From: Candidatus Hermodarchaeota archaeon
Lineage (GTDB): Archaea > Asgardarchaeota > Thorarchaeia > Thorarchaeales > Thorarchaeaceae
Reading direction: 5' to 3'
DNA length: 13,722 nt
NCBI GenBank assembly: GCA_048885865.1
Contig: JBHLLF010000060.1
Span: 1 to 13,722, forward strand
Both the position numbers and the translations under genes were made by a program. How positions within the stretch are numbered: position 1 is the first letter of the stretch; each line of letters starts with the position of its first letter. The notes below the pieces were generated by a model. It saw only the letters and a list, made by a program, of their open reading frames with translations. It did no database searches and was not told where the DNA came from. This document shows, piece after piece, positions 8,131-13,722 of the stretch.

Positions 8131-9057
8131 CTATGGTGCGGCTCCTAAGGTGACATAGACCTCGAAGATGTCATTTCGTCTTTGGAACCTGATACGGACC
8201 TTGTCGCCTGTGCGTTTCACAAGGATTTTCTTCCTGATATCCTCCATCCCTGTGATGTCTTCGTCATCAATTGCCTGAATGACATCCCCCGCTTTCAGTC
8301 CAGCCTGTGAAGATGGGCCACGAGGCACTTGGACAAGCAAAGCTCCCTTATCCGTGGACAATCTATAATGTGATGCCACGCCCGGATTAAGAGTGACACC
8401 CATTACTCCCAGCCATGGACTTCTGATAGTCCCTGTTTCCACAAGCTCATCAAATGCGCGCTTGACCCAATCAACAGCTATAGCAAAGCCAATCCCCTGA
8501 CTCCATGGAATCATTGCAGTTGGTACTCCAATAAGTTGACCTTCAGTATTAACTAAAGCCCCGCCAGAGTTGCCAGGATTAATCTGAGCTGATGTTTGGA
8601 TGAGGCCTTCAAGAAAGGTTCCGCTGCCTTGAATCGTTCTCTCAACGGCGCTGACCATCCCGAAAGTGACTGAGCTTCCCAGTCCAAGTGGATTTCCGAT
8701 TGCTACTGCTATCTGTCCTACCTGCAAGCTATTCGACTCTCCCAACTCAATTGGTGTCAAGCCCTCAACCTCGATTTTCAAGACTGCGAGGTCTCTGACT
8801 TTTGACTCTCCAACGACGACCGCCTTGAAAGCACGCCCGTCGTTCAATGTGACATCAACATCTCGGACTCCGTCAACCACATGCGCGTTGGTAACTATGA
8901 AGCCATCGTCTGTCAGAATTACACCAGATCCCTGCCCCTGAACAGGAACTGCCCTTGAAAGCTGGTCCCTCGCCATTCTTGTGGTTGTGACGCTTACAAC
9001 ACTGGGTATAACTTTCTCAACTACGGTGATAAGTTTCTTCTCTAACTCCGCAAGCAT
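8131..9057 (-). CDS. htrA: HtrA/DegP-type trypsin-like serine protease with one PDZ domain, no signal peptide or TM anchor
   Basis: GQGSGVI, TNAHVV (His), DLAVLK (Asp), AIGNPLG, IQTSAQINPGNSGG (Ser), GIGFAI, then PWLGV...GLKAGDVI (PDZ). ATG 9057 preceded by GGAG is preferred over GTG 9090. Confidence 0.93.
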   Translation of the reverse strand: MLAELEKKLITVVEKVIPSVVSVTTTRMARDQLSRAVPVQGQGSGVILTDDGFIVTNAHVVDGVRDVDVTLNDGRAFKAVVVGESKVRDLAVLKIEVEGLTPIELGESNSLQVGQIAVAIGNPLGLGSSVTFGMVSAVERTIQGSGTFLEGLIQTSAQINPGNSGGALVNTEGQLIGVPTAMIPWSQGIGFAIAVDWVKRAFDELVETGTIRSPWLGVMGVTLNPGVASHYRLSTDKGALLVQVPRGPSSQAGLKAGDVIQAIDDEDITGMEDIRKKILVKRTGDKVRIRFQRRNDIFEVYVTLGAAP

Positions 9058-9133
9058 TATCTCCACTGAAAGTTTGCTATAGTTTTTCACTTATTAGATT
9101 GAGCATTCGGTCCTGATATTATCCAGATATCAT

Positions 9134-9176
9134 CATCCATTTGTTTAGATAACCAAGATATCCTTTTCAAAAGATA
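9134..9176. promoter_or_regulatory. Two degenerate yATC-N10-GATA palindromic sites in the htrA/kinase divergent region
   Basis: CATCCATTTGTTTAGATA (9134-9151) and TATCCTTTTCAAAAGATA (9159-9176). Both are 18 bp, with a 25-bp period. Confidence 0.4.
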
Positions 9177-9207
9177 ACGGGCTCGTTTATCCCTTGAGTG
9201 GTGCTGG

Positions 9208-11487
9208 ATGAAAAAGAACCAGAAGCGAGCACTGGCGAAGATAGCTATCTTTGTTCCATTGGCATTGATAGCCACAATTATAGCTATTGGAGGCTTGTAT
9301 ATCGTTTCCACTACAACCACCTCCCGTGTAGGAGCTCATTCCCTTCTATCATACTGGGCATCAATCCCAGCAGCCATCCTGGTTCTAGCATTTGTTAGGC
9401 GTCCCTCCAAATCCTTGGCAGCATTCGCAGCCGCCCTCCTCTTTCCCATTATGGTGAACATTGGAAGTGCAATCAGCTACTTGACTGGACTTATAGCTGC
9501 TCCCGAAGTGAAGAATCTCGCCAATCTTGTGACAGATATATACGAGTTTGCAGTTTTTGGTGCCTTCATCCTGGTAGCTTTGACCACGCGCCAAGATCCA
9601 AGCCAAGAGAAGAGAATGACAGCTCGTTTGGGCTTTGCTATTGGCTTCGCTTCTGTATTCATCCCCGGAGCACTTTACGGCGTCATATGGTTCTTACTAA
9701 TTCCACCTATGACGACAGATATTCTAATCTACTTCGGAGCCTCCACAGCGCTCTCTGGCGTCATAATCACTCTTGCTGCCGTCTACCTCTTGATTAAACA
9801 CGGATACAAGGAGCTCTCCGTAGACATTGGGTATTTCGCTAGTGCATGTATACTCTCTGCAATTGCTATTTGTGTTTTAGTAGCAGAAATGTTCCTTTCA
9901 TCGGCCCTCTGGATATACGCTGAAACAATACAGATGGCATCGTACTTTTTGATTACAATTTCCCTTTCTGTTCCCTTTCTTAGAAAGGTAGGATATGATA
10001 GGATGACGGCATATCTCATTATTACTGCACTGGTTTTGCTCTCCTACTTGCCATTCACCATCACAATTGGCATTGAGGCTGCAGGTTTCCATCAGATAAT
10101 CGAACCGATGAACACTCTAGCATTCTCTATAATCCATATTGGAGTGGCGTCTCTCTCAATCATGATGGGATTCCTTCTCTTTGCGTACTCAAGACGACGC
10201 CCTTCAAGGAACCTCTATGCTCTCATCATGCTATTTGTGCTCTGGGCCGAAGTGGCTACAGTTTCCGTGCTAACAGTATTGCCACTTGAATTCGCGCCTC
10301 GGGGAGAGCCAATCGTATCATATCTAGTTGGCAGCATTCTATCAATCCCACTCTTGTATCTCGCTGCACGTTGGACTCCAAAGAACCATCTGCAAGAAGA
10401 CAGGCCTCCTTCATCATGGCTACTTCTTGCAGGGTCGTTTGTCATGCTGGGAGCTGTCTTGGCTGGAGAGATTGGAAATCAGCTTGTTTTACAACAATAC
10501 CCGCTGCTTTCTGGAAGCCCCCTAAGTAATTCCATGCTTCTGTTTGCAAACTTGCTGCTAATCTTCCTGATAACATACTTACTATTCACACAGGTTGAGA
10601 TATCTGGGGGTCAAGCCTCAATCGGAGTCTATGTCGTCCTATTCTTGTCGATGTGGATAGTCCCGAACGTGCTCAAGAGCTACTACAATATATGGACTGC
10701 AGGCTGGTGGGTCTCAGAGATTCTGATATTGCTTGCCCTAATGATAGGCCCAGCATTTCTAGGCCTTTTATACATGCGAGCAATGCGGGATGCAGAAGAC
10801 TCTCACTCAAAGGCAACCCTTTATGCAGACCTCCTTATGCATGACATTAGTAATTACCACCAAATGCTTCTAACCGCCGTCGAACTATTGGGAGAAGGAG
10901 AAACAACAATCGAGCAGCGAGAACGTCTCTCAGGTGACGCGTATCACGTAATCTCTCTTGCAGAGCAGCTCATCACCAATGTACGCCTAATAACTGAAAG
11001 CGAAGATCTTCAGAGAGAATCACTCAACCCGCTTAATCTGATGGAAACGCTAGTTGAATCCCTTGATAGGGTTATGCGAGTCGCTGGAGGCAAAGGTGTT
11101 AAACTGCAACTAATGCCATTCAGTGCGCAGGCTTATGTTCTTGGTAGCGGCGTGCTGAAGCATGTCTTCATCAATATAATCCATGGTGTCCTTTTGCAGC
11201 CTATGGAGGCATCAAGCATCAAAATTGAGATTCAGCCTCGTGTTGAAATGGGCTCTGAATATTGGATTGTCCGAATCTTCGTTCCATCCTGGTGGACGGA
11301 TATTGGGAGTGATGTGTCTCCCCCCGAATCTCAAGAAGATTACAGTGGCACTGCACTTGGACTTCTTGTATCACGGCTAGTTGCAGAGTCGTTGGGCGGA
11401 ACCATTACGGTTTCAAAGAAAATGCAAGAGCCGGATATGGGCACTCTATTTCAAGTTCTCCTGCCTGCATATGGGAGAGAGTCTTGA
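9208..11487 (+). CDS. Membrane-bound sensor histidine kinase-like protein (about 16 TM; intact H-box, degenerate ATP-binding domain)
   Basis: About 16 hydrophobic segments in residues ~12-525. H-box ADLLMHDISNYHQ (His545). N-box region VFINIIHGV. G2-like GTALGLLVSRLVAESLGGTI and terminal GTLFQVLLP. Confidence 0.88.
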   Translation: MKKNQKRALAKIAIFVPLALIATIIAIGGLYIVSTTTTSRVGAHSLLSYWASIPAAILVLAFVRRPSKSLAAFAAALLFPIMVNIGSAISYLTGLIAAPEVKNLANLVTDIYEFAVFGAFILVALTTRQDPSQEKRMTARLGFAIGFASVFIPGALYGVIWFLLIPPMTTDILIYFGASTALSGVIITLAAVYLLIKHGYKELSVDIGYFASACILSAIAICVLVAEMFLSSALWIYAETIQMASYFLITISLSVPFLRKVGYDRMTAYLIITALVLLSYLPFTITIGIEAAGFHQIIEPMNTLAFSIIHIGVASLSIMMGFLLFAYSRRRPSRNLYALIMLFVLWAEVATVSVLTVLPLEFAPRGEPIVSYLVGSILSIPLLYLAARWTPKNHLQEDRPPSSWLLLAGSFVMLGAVLAGEIGNQLVLQQYPLLSGSPLSNSMLLFANLLLIFLITYLLFTQVEISGGQASIGVYVVLFLSMWIVPNVLKSYYNIWTAGWWVSEILILLALMIGPAFLGLLYMRAMRDAEDSHSKATLYADLLMHDISNYHQMLLTAVELLGEGETTIEQRERLSGDAYHVISLAEQLITNVRLITESEDLQRESLNPLNLMETLVESLDRVMRVAGGKGVKLQLMPFSAQAYVLGSGVLKHVFINIIHGVLLQPMEASSIKIEIQPRVEMGSEYWIVRIFVPSWWTDIGSDVSPPESQEDYSGTALGLLVSRLVAESLGGTITVSKKMQEPDMGTLFQVLLPAYGRES

Positions 11488-11527
11488 GCTTCAAATAACA
11501 TCTTCAGAAGCATCCACCTAAGATTGG

Positions 11528-12388
11528 CTAGTTCATTTTATGCCCAGCAAAAGCTACTCTTTGCATCGGATAATCGATTACTAGCTCATAATCCCTCAAG
11601 AATGGATAGCCAATTACACCATAGTCAAGCTTTTGACCATTTGGAGAGATCACCCCGAGATCAATCACTCCCATGACGGTGTCAGAGAGCACTGCGGAAC
11701 CTATCGAGATGCTTCGGACCATTGCACCATAGCCCATCGCTCTCCCGCCCACTCCTATGCATTCGCCTCCTGAGCATCCTTTAGCAATGATTGGCTCGCT
11801 CGACGGGGTTGTTATACCAATCTCACTTGCCACCGTTGGAGTCATTACATTGCCACTCGAGCCAGTGTCTAGGATGTGATCAAAAGGTCCTTTGCCATTA
11901 ATGTATACTGGAACACCAATAAGGTGTGAGTCCATTAGATACTTGAATGGAATCCATTCAAATGCTTTCATAGTGTCAGATCCATTACTCTCCTCAAGAC
12001 TCAGTTGAAGAGTGCCGTAATTAAGACCGACTCTGAAATTCTTGAGAATTGTGTGTCCAATAACTCCTGCAGTCGGACCGCAACCAGTGGTCCCCAACAC
12101 ATTGGCGAAGTCAATTACACCAACTTCTTCATCCTGAAATTGTAGGAATCCTATTTCTAGCGATTCAATCTTCGCAGTCAAAACAGGGAGTTCATTCCCG
12201 CCGACTCCGCGTGCCTTTTTCTTCTCTCCCACATAGGTAGGTATTCCTAATTCCTCAACAAGGGAGCTGGATACCGTAGTTATACTTGCACCAGTATCGA
12301 GAACAAAGACAAAGGGCCCCTTTCCATTGATCATCACAGGCACATGAGGATGGCCCGACCCTGGACCTAATTGAATTTTCATCTGCAT
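11528..12388 (-). CDS. Aspartyl protease with two tandem retropepsin-like domains
   Basis: The two halves each have VPVxINGKGPF, a catalytic DTG (FVLDTGAS D31; HILDTGSS D174), a GVGG flap and GVIG-x-x-hydrophobic-L. SD-like GAGGA upstream. Confidence 0.92.
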   Translation of the reverse strand: MQMKIQLGPGSGHPHVPVMINGKGPFVFVLDTGASITTVSSSLVEELGIPTYVGEKKKARGVGGNELPVLTAKIESLEIGFLQFQDEEVGVIDFANVLGTTGCGPTAGVIGHTILKNFRVGLNYGTLQLSLEESNGSDTMKAFEWIPFKYLMDSHLIGVPVYINGKGPFDHILDTGSSGNVMTPTVASEIGITTPSSEPIIAKGCSGGECIGVGGRAMGYGAMVRSISIGSAVLSDTVMGVIDLGVISPNGQKLDYGVIGYPFLRDYELVIDYPMQRVAFAGHKMN

Positions 12389-12400
12389 GGTTGCATCCTC

Positions 12401-12462
12401 TAGATATATACCTATCTCACGTCTGAGATATATTAACCTATCTCAATGTAGAGATATATTAA
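12401..12462. promoter_or_regulatory. Tandem palindromic operators (TATCTC-N6-GAGATA x2 plus a half site) overlapping TATA-like boxes
   Basis: TATCTCACGTCTGAGATA (12413-12430), TATCTCAATGTAGAGATA (12439-12456) and a half site TAGATA (12401-12406). Minus-strand TTAATATA at 12429-12436 and 12455-12462 overlap the sites. Confidence 0.75.
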
Positions 12463-12512
12463 GTCTCTGTTCTATGCCGATACGCTTATTTCCATCTCAC
12501 TGGAACTAGGTA

Positions 12513-12809
12513 GTGATAGCAGTGAGAATCAAAGCAGTCCTTCGCGATAGTGAGATTCTCAAAATGGAGCCCGCATCCAAAGTCAGAATCATCGCGACTG
12601 CAAGGAAGAATGTTGACCGAATTGTTACCCTAAACAGCCTACTAAAGGTAATGGGACTAGAGGCAGAAAACCGAATCGAGCTTCTTCAAGCTCTTGAGGA
12701 TTCGAAATTGCATATCTGGCTCTTTCAGGATTCACAACAAGACCTTATTTTTCTGAGTGAGAGTGAAAAGATACAGGACTATGGCTTTCGTGGCTACAAA
12801 TGGCGATGA
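12513..12809 (+). CDS. Small hypothetical protein, possibly a winged helix-turn-helix fold
   Basis: Clean 98-aa ORF filling the gap between two minus-strand genes. Start is GTG 12513 or GTG 12522 (GGTAGTGA upstream of the latter). IVTLNSLLKVMGLEAENRIELLQALE followed by two beta-strand-like segments (LHIWLF, DLIFLS) resembles a wHTH. Confidence 0.8.
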   Translation: MIAVRIKAVLRDSEILKMEPASKVRIIATARKNVDRIVTLNSLLKVMGLEAENRIELLQALEDSKLHIWLFQDSQQDLIFLSESEKIQDYGFRGYKWR

Positions 12810-12814
12810 AGAAG

Positions 12815-13579
12815 CTAGAATCCTTCTATACGAGCGGATCCTTCTTTGACAGCATTTTGCAATTGCCTGCCAAGGGATGTAGGCAAGGTGAAACCTCGTT
12901 CATTAATAACTCGAGAGAGATGATCCAATTCACCAACAATTCGTAAATACTCTTCCTGCATATCCGTCGCAAGGGGCTCTTCCATCCCTGAGAGTGGACC
13001 GACATTCTTCTTGATTCTCATCATTACATCAAATTGCTCAAGGAGATTCACTGTTAGCTTTTCCAGAGTTTCATTATCCGTTGATTCACTGATATAACCT
13101 TCACAGAGTTCATCCTCGACTATCGCAAGCAGGTATCTCAATCCATCATATGCTTCAAGACAATTTGGGAATCTGTTCGCATGTGCTCGAGCGACTTCAA
13201 GAGCCTCTAAGTATTGACCTTCTGCAAGTAATAATCTGCAGAGGTCATCAAGTGCACAATGACTTGCAGGAGACTCAGTCAAAAGTCTTCGATAGACTTG
13301 CTCAGCTTCCTCAGTTCTCAGCGATTGATCTAGCAAACGACCCAAAGCGCATGATGCACCTTCGTGGAGAGGATCATCCCTCAGCACCCCCCTCAATGTT
13401 ACCTCTGCTTCGTCCTCTCTATGTAGCCTAGCTTGTATTTTTCCAAGCATCGTCCGAAGGTCTGGATTCTCCGGGTAGCTCCCTAGAGCATCTAATATCA
13501 CTCGTTGAGCCTTCTCATCACACTCTTCATCGCAGAGTTTAGAAGCTCGATCAAGTGAGTCTCTGACACCCGGGTCCAT
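12815..13579 (-). CDS. Tetratricopeptide repeat (TPR) protein
   Basis: 34-aa periodic motifs ending in YP/DP/SP/FP turns (LGKIQARLHREDEAEVTLRGVLRDDP; LGRLLDQSLRTEEAEQVYRRLLTESP; LCRLLLAEGQYLEALEVARAHANRFP), followed by a helical C-terminal region. Confidence 0.88.
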   Translation of the reverse strand: MDPGVRDSLDRASKLCDEECDEKAQRVILDALGSYPENPDLRTMLGKIQARLHREDEAEVTLRGVLRDDPLHEGASCALGRLLDQSLRTEEAEQVYRRLLTESPASHCALDDLCRLLLAEGQYLEALEVARAHANRFPNCLEAYDGLRYLLAIVEDELCEGYISESTDNETLEKLTVNLLEQFDVMMRIKKNVGPLSGMEEPLATDMQEEYLRIVGELDHLSRVINERGFTLPTSLGRQLQNAVKEGSARIEGF

Positions 13580-13618
13580 TATGCGTTTGCACCAGTCTGG
13601 GATTTTGTGCTAGCCCCC

Positions 13619-13629
13619 TTATCAATTCG
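13619..13629 (-). promoter_or_regulatory. Putative BRE-TATA promoter of the TPR gene
   Basis: Minus strand reads CGAA-TTGATAA, about 40 nt upstream of ATG 13579. Confidence 0.4.
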
Positions 13630-13704
13630 TGTGAAGAGAATTGAGGGCAATTTTTGCAGGCGACTTTTTATGCGAATCCACAATTGCGAAAATGGGTAGT
13701 GACA

Positions 13705-13722
13705 ATGCTACAAGTCTACAAC
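13705..13722 (+). CDS. cysS: 5' end of a gene, probably cysteinyl-tRNA synthetase
   Basis: ATG CTA CAA GTC TAC AAC = MLQVYN, which resembles the typical CysRS N-terminus (M-x-x-h-Y-N-T-L). Preceded by GGTAGTGA and a TTTTTAT box at 13665-13671. Only six codons are visible. Confidence 0.45.

Noticed and set aside
9058-9090. GTG start extension of htrA
   Set aside because: ATG 9057 has a GGAG RBS, and the extension overlaps AT-rich promoter-like sequence.
12401-12467. Direct repeats as a mini-CRISPR array or transposon end
   Set aside because: The units are contiguous with no unique spacers, and no cas or transposase genes are nearby. An operator array fits better.
4268-12809. Selenocysteine read-through at TGA stops (4270, 8122, 11487, 12809), or the 3560-3602 hairpin as a SECIS
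   Set aside because: Each TGA falls at a natural domain end, and three of the four are closely followed by convergent genes. No Sec-type redox motif context or SECIS core was recognisable.
3845-13431. Short ORFs nested in or antisense to the main genes (e.g. 5626..5991, 6145..6519, 8666..8941, 9087..9320, 13150..13431)
   Set aside because: They overlap well-supported CDSs and have no recognisable motifs.

Overview
Gene-dense archaeal-type window. Archaeal BRE/TATA-like promoters and GGGGTGA/GGAG-type ribosome-binding sites are visible. The gene content suggests an Asgard lineage such as Thorarchaeota, but this is inference only. The most important element is missing from the supplied ORF track: one uninterrupted minus-strand ORF from ATG 3533 off the left edge (>=1177 codons). 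It encodes a giant polytopic membrane protein with about 37-39 predicted TM helices in the visible part, built from repeated helix bundles separated by long basic amphipathic helices. Divergent from it are a multi-zinc-ribbon protein with a C-terminal CFI-box-CTERM domain and an SF2 DEAH helicase with a C-terminal membrane hairpin. These are followed by an EamA/DMT transporter, an anchor-less HtrA-type protease, a 16-TM histidine-kinase-like protein with a degenerate ATP-binding domain, a single-chain two-domain retropepsin-like aspartyl protease, a small possible winged-helix protein, a TPR protein and probably the first codons of cysS. Two tandem TATCTC-N6-GAGATA palindromes overlap the aspartyl-protease promoter. 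A degenerate pair with similar spacing lies in the htrA/kinase divergent region, which suggests a possible two-protease regulon. No RNA genes, CRISPR arrays or mobile elements were recognised.
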